A stretch of DNA of 64,000 bases from Macrostomum lignano (lineage: Eukaryota), in assembly GCA_002269645.1 (NCBI GenBank), contig NIVC01000038.1, positions 558,001-622,000 on the forward strand. The letters run 5' to 3'. A program made the position numbers and the translations under genes. A model generated the notes under the pieces. The model was not told the DNA's origin, searched no databases, and saw only the letters and a program-made list of their open reading frames with translations. Shown in pieces: positions 25,733-36,909 of the stretch; the stretch's first letter is position 1; every line of letters starts with the position of its first letter.

Positions 25733-28446
25733 TTATTTATTCATTCGCCTCCTTTCTCCTATGCTCGTATTTATCTTCTCTATTCCTTATCCTGTCTTCC
25801 TCCTCTGGCCCGCAGTCAACAGGGACTCCTGAGCCCGCTTCACTTAGGAGGTAACAATACTACAATGGAATTCGCACATACTACCATGGCACCGTGTGGG
25901 TAATTCTCTCCGCTTTCCTTACTGTATTTACATTAGATACCCCTCCAATTCTAAGAAAGAACCGAAAGGGCAAAAGCAAACTTCCAAACCCTAAATTCCG
26001 CAACCAGGAAAAATTACTTGTGCACTGGCAAACTGTACTACTGAAAGTAACACCTACACACTTTCCAGACTCCTAGGCTAAGCAGATGGTAAATGTACGA
26101 ACTCAAAGTAACTTCAGACCTCACAATCCTGTACCCAAACCCAAAGTAGCGTGGCTGTTCCCGCGTTCCGGTAGCCGTCGACCCCAGACATACTTTTCAG
26201 GGCATGGATGTCTGACACAGGAAACCATCCAGAGGCCCAACGGCACAGCATTTGCCATTGTTAGCCGGAATACCGAGAATTGCGGTGGGAATTTGAGCTA
26301 GCTCCGTTGCCACTTAAAGCAATTTATACCACCTAAGCCCGAATAGCGGACAACAATTCGTGAGAAGCACTCAGATAGAACACCCCGATTTAAATCGAAA
26401 TGATACTATGATCACACAGTACGCTAATCCGACTGTCCCGTACTAATCTGCTCCAGAGTATAACCTTTGAACCCAAAACCCGTGAGGCCCTGCGTATGAA
26501 ACCAAGGCTTCGCACATCCAAAAAGCTGCCTGATTCTAGATTTTGCAAACAAGACAAAAACTACGAGCGCTGTCAGCATTCGATAATGAACGTATTGGCC
26601 GAGGAAGCATTATCATTTGGATAATGGCCTCTTGTCTACACGACAAAAATTAATAGCTTAATTTCGAGTGATCAGTTCGAAACTTTTCTGTTTAGCAAAA
26701 GTACAAGAACTATCCTAAGTCTCTATTTTCCGCATAATTAGCTGGCTGAAATCAAAACTGGAGAACTAAGCAGAGAGCCTAGATAACTGATCAAGCTGAG
26801 AGAGTTATATGTGCGGGGTTGATTTTTTTTATATGCTCTGGTTTTTTGAATTTTTTGAATTTTTTTGGTTGATTTTTTGGAATAGGCATGCATTTAATGG
26901 TAAGCAATTCATACTAGTAATTTTTTTGGTTCCAGTAGCATAAATTTTTTGTGCATTTTTGGACTCTCATAATTCAGACTTGAAAAGCTATCGCAGCTGA
27001 CTACTTACAGTAATCTAAAGAAACCTGAAATTCCCAATTTTGAAATCTAAACGGCGCAACCTGATTTTATTATTTTGTCACAATTTGCCATTGACCAGCC
27101 ATCACTACCGGTGAGCACTTTACCACTTCTTACCGGCTAGTGTTTACCAAACATCCCACCGCTGCCACCATTTGATGGGTTTCGACCTTTCGGCCCCCTT
27201 GTTAGGGAAGCCTTCGGGCCTCAGGCCTCAGAAATAAATCAATTAGAGTCCTGGCCCCCTCACTCCTGTCAGATGGTCAGCCCCCATGGTAGCTTGATCG
27301 TGTGGCGAGCAGTCTAGGTCCTATAGCTAAGAGAGGGACAGCGAGAGACGAGCAGGGAGAATTTTGAAGGTAGAAATTAGCTAATCCGCAGACTAAGCTA
27401 ACTCGCTGCCACCAGCCCGTGCGCCCTAACTCACCACACCGGGGCTCTCGAAATCGGGCTTCCGACTAGAAGGGGCTTTGCACTTACCTGCCAACTAGTG
27501 TCTTTTTGCTGTCAATCTCGAAGTCATAGCCGATGATAAAGGACACTGCTGGGACTAGATCGCATTGGCCATGCAGGTACAGAGGGGACTTGTGCAGGGG
27601 ATTCTTGCAGTGGCGAGACTATGGGGTAGCTACATGTACTATTACATTGCTAAATACGAAGATATGTACTTTTGGCCTTCAACGCGCCAACTAGCCTCTC
27701 ATAGCGCTGATGATAGACTAACTCGAACTTCAGAGACCGCATGATTCATCACCCGAGCCGCTTGGCGAACCTAGAGTGCACAAAGTACATCTCTGGCGCC
27801 GATTCTGCACTTCTGGCAGTTTTACTCACTGATTTGATTGATTGATCGACTGAGAACCGCCTTGCCATTGGTCCACTGTGACCGGCGCCTACTAGCTTAG
27901 CTACTCATCTGAGCCATCGGCGAACAAAGAACTAAAACCGATAAAATAACTGTTAGATTTAACCTTCTCCTTAGATCACTTCACACCTCAGATTGAATTG
28001 GAGTTTCAGACTACTAGCAGTATTATTGAATGACTTCTGCCTCAGCAACAGCACTACTGAACAAAATGAGCAAAAGTGTGCGCCTAATTCAGCTACTGAA
28101 ATAAGGGACAGACAGGGAATCACCCAATCAAGCAAGTCTAGGTAGCCTCTCACCCAACCAATCAGAAACTCAACAGCCGGAGACCAGGAAATCCACGGTG
28201 ACCGAATCGGCTTGATGCTTCGCAGCTGTAGACTCGGGATGATGCTGACACAATCTTCGCTGATAGCTAGCAGGTGATGATCTTAACTTTGATGTTCGCT
28301 GCTGCTGACCGGGGGACTCGTCCTTGATGATGATGGGGGGGGGGAAGTCGCAATCCGGGGATCAAGAAACGACGGTCCGCTCCGGGATGTCTCAAGCTAG
28401 GCTAAGATCCCAGGAGGTTGAGGTCCGCGCGGGCCAAAAACACCGG

Positions 28447-28548
28447 TTTAAATAGCCGCCAACTGGACCGCAGTTTGTTACAATGGAACACGTCGATTTT
28501 GATTGGCTGAGCCGTTTTGTTAAAATGAGCGCCGAATTTTCTGATTGG
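28447..28548 (-). promoter_or_regulatory. Pol II-type core promoter in left arm, pointing left
   Basis: ATTGG at 28502-28506 and 28544-28548; TTTAAATA at 28447-28454 (TATTTAAA on minus). Confidence 0.55.
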
Positions 28549-30074
28549 CTGAGCTAGTTGCCACCCAAAATCACGTGACCGGGAGATCCTATCAGTTCCC
28601 ATAGGGTCGTAAAAAGATGACAGGTGCGGCCATAAATCAATCAAAATCGCAACAAAATGATTTATGACTTTTCGCGTAGGATTGACAGAAATTAGTGAAA
28701 AAATATACATTAGAAAGCTCTTATTAAATAGAAAGTGAAGATAATGAAGAGAAATTGCTAATCGCTAATCCCAAAGTACTTTTAGGGGTAAAACGCATAG
28801 CTGTCAAAGCTGTCACACGCTTGAGTGAACACGAACAATAGGCTCTGACCTCGTAAATCTTGATGGCCTGTCAAAATGATGAGAAAAAAGCTACCGCCCG
28901 TATCCTCTCAGACCATCTGGCGCCCGTCTCAACACTGAGTGAGGCGCAGGTGGCTGTCAGACCAGCTTCGAAAGCGATGATTTATGACCCAAAAAGCAAT
29001 GCCTATGTTATTATGACTACTAGTATGACATTATATCTAGTATAGATTATATGACTATTCGCAGAAAAAGGATAAAAATGCCCATTGCCCACTGTTAGTA
29101 GGCTAGTAAGTTTAGAGCCCATGTGCTAGCGCGGGATTTGGGAAAAAGTGCGTCCTCATCAATTAACTTATTTGTTATTTGTCCACATACCCGATTGAGG
29201 GTGACGACGCCTATACAATCACAAACGGTGCCGATGGGGGGCAGAGAAAGAAAGAAAGGAGGCTTGTCGCTTGGGGAAGGGCGCACAAGCTGTGTACAAA
29301 CCCCTAGTACCACCACTGCCCCCCACTGGCGACGGTACATTCTTTTTTCTTACATGTACATTGACTCTAGGGTGTGCAGGATAGCAACGGCGCCCTCTAG
29401 CTCCAGCTTGTACCCTCAGAAAAACCAAAGACTCAGAAAGACCCAGAAAAGCCAAAGCCCAAAACCGGCCAACATTTGTTTAAAATTAAAAAGGGAATTT
29501 GCAGGATCATGCTAAATAGTGGGGAGCTCCAGCCCCCCCCCCCCCGGTTCCGACACCCCTGCCTGCGGCTGCAGCTCTGTTGCCGAGGCTTCAAGCGTCT
29601 CGCAATGGCCCGCAATGGTTTGGTCATACTAGTAGGCATAATAGCATAGGCGTGACTTTTTGAGTCATAAATCATCGTTTTAAAAGTTGGTCTGACAGCC
29701 ACCTGCGCCTCACTCAGTGTTGAGGCCGGCGCCAGATGGTCTGAGGGGATGCGAATAGTAGCTTTTTTCTCATCATTTTTGACAGGCCATCAGATTTATG
29801 AGGTCAGAGCCTATTGTTCGGATTCACTCAAGCGTGTGACAGCTTTGACAGTTATGCGTTTTACCCCTAAAAGTACTTTGGGATTAGCGATTAGCGATTT
29901 CTCTTCATCATCTTTACTTTCTACTTAATAAGGGCTTTCTAATGAATATTTTCACATTAATTTCTGTCAATCCTACGCGAAAAGTCATAAATCATTTTGT
30001 TGCGATTTTGATTGATTTATGGCCGCATCTGTCATCTTTTTATGACCCTGTGGGAACTGATAGGATCTCCCGGT

Positions 30075-30205
30075 CACGTGATTTTGGGTGGCAACTAGCT
30101 CAGCCAATCAGAAAATTCGGCGCTCATTTTAACAAAACGGCTCAGCCAATCAGAATCGACGTGTTCCATTATAACAAACTGTGGTCCAGTTGGCGGCTAT
30201 TTAAA
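30075..30205 (+). promoter_or_regulatory. Pol II-type core promoter in right arm, pointing right toward the Maverick genes
   Basis: CACGTG E-box at 30075, CCAAT at 30104 and 30146 (both in AGCCAATCAG context), TATTTAAA at 30198, Inr-like ACTCACTC about 30 nt downstream. Confidence 0.55.
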
Positions 30206-31520
30206 CCGGTGTTTTTGGCCCGCTCGGACTCACTCTTGCTCGGGCACAGCACGCAACTTCTGATTCCTGAAGCCTGACTGTCGTTTCTTGATCCCCGGAT
30301 TGCGACTTCCCCCCCCCCATCATCATCAAGGACGAGTCCCCCGGTCAGCAGCAGCGAACATCAAAGTTAAGATCATCACCTGCTAGCTATCAGCGAAGAT
30401 TGTGTCAGCATCATCCCGAGTCTACAGCTGCGAAGCATCAAGCCGATTCGGTCACCGTGGATTTCCTGGTCTCCGGCTGTTGAGTTTCTGATTGGTTGGG
30501 TGAGAGGCTACCTAGACTTGCTTGATTGGGTGATTCCCTGTCTGTCCCTTATTTCAGTAGCTGAATTAGGCGCACACTTTTGCTCATTTTGTTCAGTAGT
30601 GCTGTTGCTGAGGCAGAAGTCATTCAATAATACTGCTAGTAGTCTGAAACTCCAATTCAATCTGAGGTGTGAAGTGATCTAAGGAGAAGGTTAAATCTAA
30701 CAGTTATTTTATCGGTTTTAGTTCTTTGTTCGCCGATGGCTCAGATGAGTAGCTAAGCTAGTAGGCGCCGGTCACAGTGGACCAATGGCAAGGCGGTTCT
30801 CAGTCGATCAATCAATCAAATCAGTGAGTAAAACTGCCAGAAGTGCAGAATCGGCGCCAGAGATGTACTTTGTGCACTCTAGGTTCGCCAAGCGGCTCGG
30901 GTGATGAATCATGCGGTCTCTGAAGTTCGAGTTAGTCTATCATCAGCGCTATGAGAGGCTAGTTGGCGCGTTGAAGGCCAAAAGTACATATCTTCGTATT
31001 TAGCAATGTAATAGTACATGTAGCTACCCCATAGTCTCGCCACTGCAAGAATCCCTGCACAAGTCCCCTCTGTACCTGCATGGCCAATGCGATCTAGTCC
31101 CAGCAGTGTCCTTTATCATCGGCTATGACTTCGAGATTGACAGCAAAAGACACTAGTTGGCAGGTAAGTGCAAAGCCCCTTCTAGTCGGAAGCCCGATTT
31201 CGAGAGCCCCGGTGTGGTGAGTTAGGGCGCACGGGCTGGTGGCAGCGAGTTAGCTTAGTCTGCGGATTAGCTAATTTCTACCTTCAAAATTCTCCCTGCT
31301 CGTCTCTCGCTGTCCCTCTCTTAGCTATAGGACCTAGACTGCTCGCCACACGATCAAGCTACCATGGGGGCTGACCATCTGACAGGAGTGAGGGGGCCAG
31401 GACTCTAATTGATTTATTTCTGAGGCCTGAGGCCCGAAGGCTTCCCTAACAAGGGGCCCGAAGGTCGAAACCCATCATTAAGAAAAAAAGAAATTGAAAT
31501 ATGTTTCCTTGTTTCTGAAA

Positions 31521-32503
31521 ATGGAAAAAAATATTTCAACCCAAATCAGCCTGCGAGCGATTGCAGTTCTTCAAAACTGAAACATGAACTGCGAAAAAGA
31601 GGCGAGCATATTGGAGTTAAGAGCATTCAGCAGTGGCTAAGTCAGCAGCCAGTACATAAACCAGCTAGAGTACGATTTCCAAGGGTGCCAATAATAGTGA
31701 GGGCCATTGATGATCAGTGGGAGATGGATCTGGTGGAAATGATTCCATTTGCGAAGTACAATCGCGGGAAAAAATACATTCTCACCTGCATTGGTGTTTT
31801 ATCCAAAATTGCAATGGCCAGAGCACTGAAGTCTAAGAGTGCGGCAGAAGTGAAATCTGCGTTTGAGAGCATGCTGAAGAGCTCAAAGCGGCAGCCGCGC
31901 ACTGTCCGCACAGATCAGGGAAAGGAAATCAGCCATAATTGAAAGATGGAGTCGAACTTTAAAAAGTAAGATGTGCGTTACTTTACTCACAACAGCACTC
32001 TACAATGGCTTGATGTGCTGCCTAAACTGGTCAAGTCCTATAACAATACTTTCCACAGAAGCATCAAGACTACACCTATGAATGTCAGCAAAGCAAACGA
32101 GACTGAAGCATGGATGAACCTTTATGATGGGAAAGCGATTGAGACAGTTGAGAAACTGAGAAAACCGAAGTTCCGTGAAAACCAATCAGTGCGGATTTTC
32201 AATGCACCCAGACTCTTCAGGAAGGGATACAAGGCGAACTGGAGCGAGGAGGTGTACACCATAGTGTCTAGGGCACCAAAGCATTATCCCTACATGTACA
32301 GGATTCGAGACATGAAGGGGGAAGACATTAGAGGCCTATTCCACGAGCATGAGCTGCAAGCTGTTCCAGACTCGCAGCGGCTGTATGTAATCGAGAAGGC
32401 TCTGAAGACTGAGAAGCGGAAGGGTAAGATCCGATATCTCGTCAAGTGGGCCGGCTACAACTCGACTGACTGGGTGGATGAGAAGGACTTAAGAAAAGTG
32501 TAA
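31521..32503 (+). pseudogene. Maverick retroviral-type (rve) integrase with C-terminal chromodomain; frameshifts and an internal deletion
   Basis: YFNPNQPAS...HKPARVRFPR...QWEMDLVEM...TDQGKE...IIERWSRTLK...SYNNTFHRSIKTTP...KGYKANWSEE...YLVKWAGY. The segment between TDQGKE and IERW is missing. Confidence 0.88.
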
Positions 32504-32533
32504 GATAACGACATTGTGCAGCCATTCCCAACT

Positions 32534-33342
32534 ATGAGAAGCATCATCATTTGTAGCGAAAATGCTGAAGGTACTCCTAATGACTTTCATTTTCACCTGC
32601 CTTCACCTATTTACTTGGATCGAAATGTGGACTATGAGGCAGGTCTGGCTGAAATCCATCTGCCTGCTGCATGGTTCAATGTTGACGAGCCTTACTGCTT
32701 CACTGTCTCAGATGGAAGAGAGCATGAGACCCTGGTTCTTCAACCCGGACGCTTTGCTAGAGTGGAGGAACTGGTTGAGCGCATGAATGAGCTGCTGGCC
32801 AACTCTGAGTCACTGTTCTTTGATGCAATGAGCGAAATGGAGTCTGAAATGGAAGCTGATGAGTCCGGTTTAATGGGGCGGAGCAGCGCTAGAGATATTG
32901 GCATAAAGTTTGAAATCCAAGAATTGAGAACGGTAGTGCTCAACAACACGGCTCGAGCAGAATTGTTCCTTCCATCAAGTAAAATTCTGCAGTGGCTGGG
33001 ATTCGGAAACCAGCCTGTGAAGATCCCACCGGACGGCAAGTTTCACGCTGCTGCATCGGTTGTCCGCCCACCAACCTGATCAACTTGCACTGCAGCATTG
33101 TGGAGCCAACAAACTGCAACTGGAACTCCGTGCTGCGAACTGTGAGCATGTCATCCGATGTCAAATGGGGCAGCTACATGAGCAAAGTGTTTAAGAAAGC
33201 AATTTTCTTCCCGATTCAGAAAGCTAATTTTCTACATGGCATCAGATTTCAACTGCGTGACATCTTTGGCTACTCACTGACTGCTCGGAGCAGCAGCCCT
33301 GTTCTGCTCACAGTTTATATTCGGGAAAGGCTAATACAATAA
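32534..33342 (+). pseudogene. Maverick minor capsid (penton-like) protein, frameshift at ~33075
   Basis: N..FHFHLPSPIYL...YEAGLAEIHLPAAWFN, and C-terminal LHCSIVEP...VLRTV...FFPIQ...IRFQLRDIFG. Confidence 0.7.
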
Positions 33343-33390
33343 ACTATCAACAGCTGATTCGTCAGTATTCAGGGACTCTGGCCGGAAGCC

Positions 33391-33759
33391 ATGCAAAAGC
33401 CGGCGCTCTATGGCTGTGGGAGTTTTCCAGGAATTATGACTTACCAGCCTCCTCCAGAAGCTTCCACACAGTCATTATCGCTATCAAAGCCAGCCCATAC
33501 CAGCACCGGCGGCAGCAGCAGCAACAACAGAGGCAGAAGCAGTGGAAAAATAACAAAGCAAAGACTAGTCAAACAGAGCAGTAAGAGGCAGATAAAAAAG
33601 AAGAAAAAGAGTAAGACTGAGAAATCACCGAAAACAAGCCAGTCAGGGCGAAATAAACCTAAGAAAGGGAGGTCTAAAACTCGAAGCAAGAAAACAGGCA
33701 AAGGAAAGCAAAAAGTGAGCAAAAAAACTGTGAAACGTGTTCTGGACTCGCTCTCATAG
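33391..33759 (+). CDS. Small Lys/Arg/Ser-rich basic protein, putative virion core/DNA-condensing protein
   Basis: Intact 122-aa ORF between the minor and major capsid genes; C-terminal half very basic; N-terminal LYGCG. Confidence 0.55.
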   Translation: MQKPALYGCGSFPGIMTYQPPPEASTQSLSLSKPAHTSTGGSSSNNRGRSSGKITKQRLVKQSSKRQIKKKKKSKTEKSPKTSQSGRNKPKKGRSKTRSKKTGKGKQKVSKKTVKRVLDSLS

Positions 33760-33761
33760 CA

Positions 33762-35000
33762 ATGGCTTACGGATTCAACCCGAGACTCGATTTGTTCAAG
33801 TCCCCCATGCTGCAGATCGCCATTGAAAAATCCACATATGTTGATATTCACCCCGTGAACTCTATTACTACTAACTCACCTATTGAATTCGGCTGCAATC
33901 CATCGGCTGATGAGTACACTGATCTGCTGAGCTCATTCCTGTATATTCGCTGTCGCCTAGTCCGGCTTGGCGGGGCTTTGATGGGAGGAGGTTCGGAATG
34001 CCGATGGAGTTGTCACTGAGCGCAGAGACAGTGGGGTGCACCCAGAAAACTTTGTCCTGACTACAGCATTCTCAGATGTAATCGTGAGCATCAACCAGCG
34101 CATTGTATCAGGTGGAGACCAGCTCTACCCCTACCATGCCTACCTAAAAGCTCTCATGAGCTCATCCGATGCTCAGCAGTTAAAGTTCTACCCCGCCGGA
34201 TTCCTGGAACCCGAAACTGCTGCTGAGGGGCATGCCGAGAGACACAGGGAGTCCCGCTGGGTGGAGTATGCGGGACCACTGCTCAGCGACATCTTCCAGT
34301 GTCCTGTTCTGCTGCTGAACAATTTACACCTGCACATCAAGCTGATGCCCAGCGATGCTGCATTCGCCATCCGAACCCCAGATGAGAACAACACAGCCTA
34401 CCGAATGGAAATCTCCCACTGCATTCTGAACCTGCGCCGAGTCAAAGTGGCGCCTCACATCAGCCTGGCGCATAAACCGAAATGCAAAACTTTATTCTAC
34501 CTCACGGAATTCAGTCAAAAACATTGAAGGATTCACTCATGACAAACTGCCGAAGTTCGTTATGCTGGTCTTCGTGAACCATCGAGCCTTCAATGGCCAT
34601 CATCATTCCAGCTCCTTCGAGTTCCAGAGCTTCGATCTCAGCCAGCTAGCACTAAAGAAAGGTGGTGAAGCCATGTGCCACAGTGCATTTGCACCTGAGA
34701 ATAATTCATTCGTAAGAGAGTACTTGCACTACCTGAAAAGCTGTCAGTCAGCCAGCCCTACCAACTCGGTTCCGTGGGTCCCCTACCAGTTGTTCTCCAA
34801 CGGCAACACAGCTTTCGCATTCGATCTCACGCCTGAGGGAGGCGGCCCTGTGGTACGGACAGAAGGAGGGCAATTTGCGGCTGGAGATTCGCTTCCGTCA
34901 GGCCCTGGAGGAGCCTGTATCTCTGATTGTTATGTGCCTGTATGACTCACTGATTGAGGTCACCAAGCACAGGGAGATTTTGCTAGACTTTCCATCCTAG
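33762..35000 (+). pseudogene. Maverick major capsid protein (double jelly-roll type), several frameshifts
   Basis: LDLFKSPMLQIAIEKSTYVDIHP...PIEF...YTDL; FSDVIVSINQ...YPYHAYL; NHRAFNG...FEFQSFDL; end DSLIEVTKHREILLDFPS*. Confidence 0.8.
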
Positions 35001-35022
35001 AAGTACGCTGCTACAAGGTAAT

Positions 35023-35501
35023 ATGGATGCTTTTCAATTGCTTAAACTGACTAAAAGCTTTTTTCCACCGAATGACTGTTTAATAATTAAATTGAATCCA
35101 AAATCTCACAAAAATTATTTCACTGTAAGCTTTTTTATTTCTGCTTCAGTACAGCTCATCCTTTGGTCACTGGGTGGTTTGCTATGCTTAATAAGGAGAA
35201 TTCCATAGAACTCTTTAACTCTCTGGGCTGGGACTCAAGCACTTCAGAGATCATTCACAGAGCACTGAAATCCTTTTGGTGTTCCCCATTCTACTTACGT
35301 AGCAATGTGAATCGAATTCAGAGCTGCGACTCTGCTAAATGCGGTTTGTTCTGTCTCTATTTCGTCTATCAAAAGTTTCATTTCAAGCACTCGTTCGAGT
35401 GGGTTTTGCGGCACCTCCGTGCAAATCAGCAGAGCCACTTGAATGAAAAAATTCTGAAAAGGTTTGAGAGTTTGCTTAAGAAAAAACCTAAATTTAGTTA
35501 G
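35023..35501 (+). pseudogene. Adenain-like cysteine protease, frameshifted
   Basis: GHW (catalytic His, ~35166, adjacent frame), ELFNSLG, and IQSCDSAKCGLFC (oxyanion Gln and catalytic Cys). Confidence 0.75.
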
Positions 35502-35536
35502 ATTTAAAAAATTTGATAATTCTAGCTCAACAGGCG

Positions 35537-35690
35537 ATGGAAACACGTGAGCGGATAAACTGTTATGATGTGCGCCTGCGGCAGGGAAGCTGCATGATTG
35601 TCAGTGGGCCCACAAATGCAGGAAAGACAACCTTCATGAAACATCTGATCCAGTGCAGGGATGTCATGTTTGATGTGGCAGGATTGTCAC
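35537..35690 (+). pseudogene. A32/FtsK-like packaging ATPase, N-terminal fragment only
   Basis: MIVSGPTNAGKTTFMKHLI Walker A; coding similarity stops at ~35685. Confidence 0.75.
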
Positions 35691-35772
35691 TTATCACTCT
35701 ATCATAGGATTGTCACTTATCACTCTGTCACAGGTTGTCACTTATGACGCTCACGTGTTGTCACTTATCACA
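35684..35772 (+). repeat. Four degenerate TTGTCACTTATCAC units at the Maverick truncation point
   Basis: ttgtcacttatcac x3 plus ttgtcacttatgac. Confidence 0.8.
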
Positions 35773-36909
35773 CCATTTGTTATCAAATGTTATGAGGGAA
35801 AGTTAGGTTCTAAAAATCCTGCTACGTGTATACAAAATATGCATCAAGTGGGTAGCTCTTATATTAGTGGACCACATTTCAAATGCCCGATAGGAAAAAG
35901 ACATGCATTTTTAGTAAATGTCTCCTCATCTAACCTAGCTTATCGTAATTAGTACGACAGCAGATCAAAGTAATTTAATCAAGTTGAAATGTTTCAATCG
36001 CAGGAACGTCATCTCGATCTGCTGTGCTGGATGGCCATGGGGTCACGTGTAATGGCACAAATTGGTTTCGCTGTTGACGCAGTTGAAATGTTTGAAACAT
36101 TTATATGTTTCAAAAAGTCGGCCTTATAACGTTAAAAGCTAATTGAAGTAAAGTTTAAACAACCTAAATCGTTCATTCCTTCTGTAATTATTTATCCATA
36201 TTTGCGTAAATTTTTCTAGCTGATAACTGTTTTCTTTGCCTTATGCTTAGCTTTAAGTCTGTTCCTCTTGGTTATTTGAGGTTATTTCTCTTCTACAATT
36301 TTCGAATTTATCCAGGTTTACTAGGATGCATTGAACTATCAGTGTTTTGGTATAGTTGAAATGTAATAGGAGCTACGAAAAAAACAACTTAACTGCTACA
36401 GTTCAGAATAGTCATTGCTTTTGTAGCAACACGTATAATGATAGTAAAAAACATTGCTGTGTTTCTGAGACTTATTACATGGTCGCATGTTCATTATAAT
36501 CCGAAAATGATAAGTTCTGAAGTCAAACCATCAATCGCTTTATTTCATCGCTTGTCGATTAATGAATCTTGGTGTCGCAGATGATATCACTACCTGGCTG
36601 GTGTCAGCACCTTAAGTCTACAGCAGATGCTCTTGACACTGACTTTGATGCATTTGGCGTACGAGAACAAGCATGTGGTTTCTCTACGTGTTGGTGCAAA
36701 TATCTAGTGCATTTTGCCTTTTTTCTGGGTGGATCTTCCCATATGGCACAAGCAGTGGCTTCTTTTACGACACTTCGTGCAGATATTTCCCATGCTGGAC
36801 ATTTATCCATGCGAATGCGCAGTACATGTTCCTTGCTAATAAACTTGCACATCCGACCTCATGATTTTGATGAGTTTGCACTGATACTTGACTGAGGGTG
36901 CTTATGAAC

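Larger units (their letters stand above)
27173..31477. repeat. Large inverted repeat: arms 27173-29029 and 29623-31477, spacer 593 bp
   Basis: tgatgggtttcgacc at 27173 and ggtcgaaacccatca ending at 31477. Identical mirror ORFs 27971-28153(-) and 30500-30682(+). Outer ~1.2 kb near-identical, a ~55-bp discordant patch, then ~0.6 kb of visibly more diverged inner arm. Confidence 0.95.
31521..35690 (+). mobile_element. Decayed Maverick/Polinton (adintovirus-like) gene block; no pPolB visible
   Basis: Six tightly packed, intronless, same-strand genes with family-typical motifs (next six entries). Confidence 0.88.

Noticed and set aside
24956-25903. Leu/Ser/Phe-rich 315- and 272-aa ORFs resembling membrane proteins
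   Set aside because: Translation of a CT low-complexity tract.
27971-28153. Identical 60-aa ORF in both palindrome arms as a real peptide gene
   Set aside because: GTG start, no recognisable motif; identity is explained by DNA-level arm identity.
31415-31477. Hammerhead-ribozyme-like end (GGCC-CGAA-GGTC stem followed by GAAAC), which would suggest a Penelope-like element
   Set aside because: The required CUGANGA core reads CTAACAA, no stem I/III partner is evident, and no RT or GIY-YIG ORF is nearby. An Infernal search with hammerhead models would settle it.
30279-31477. Outer palindrome arms as two solo LTRs (TG...CA)
   Set aside because: No matching TSD on either arm, the mirror arm lacks the TG, and homology continues ~0.6 kb further inward.
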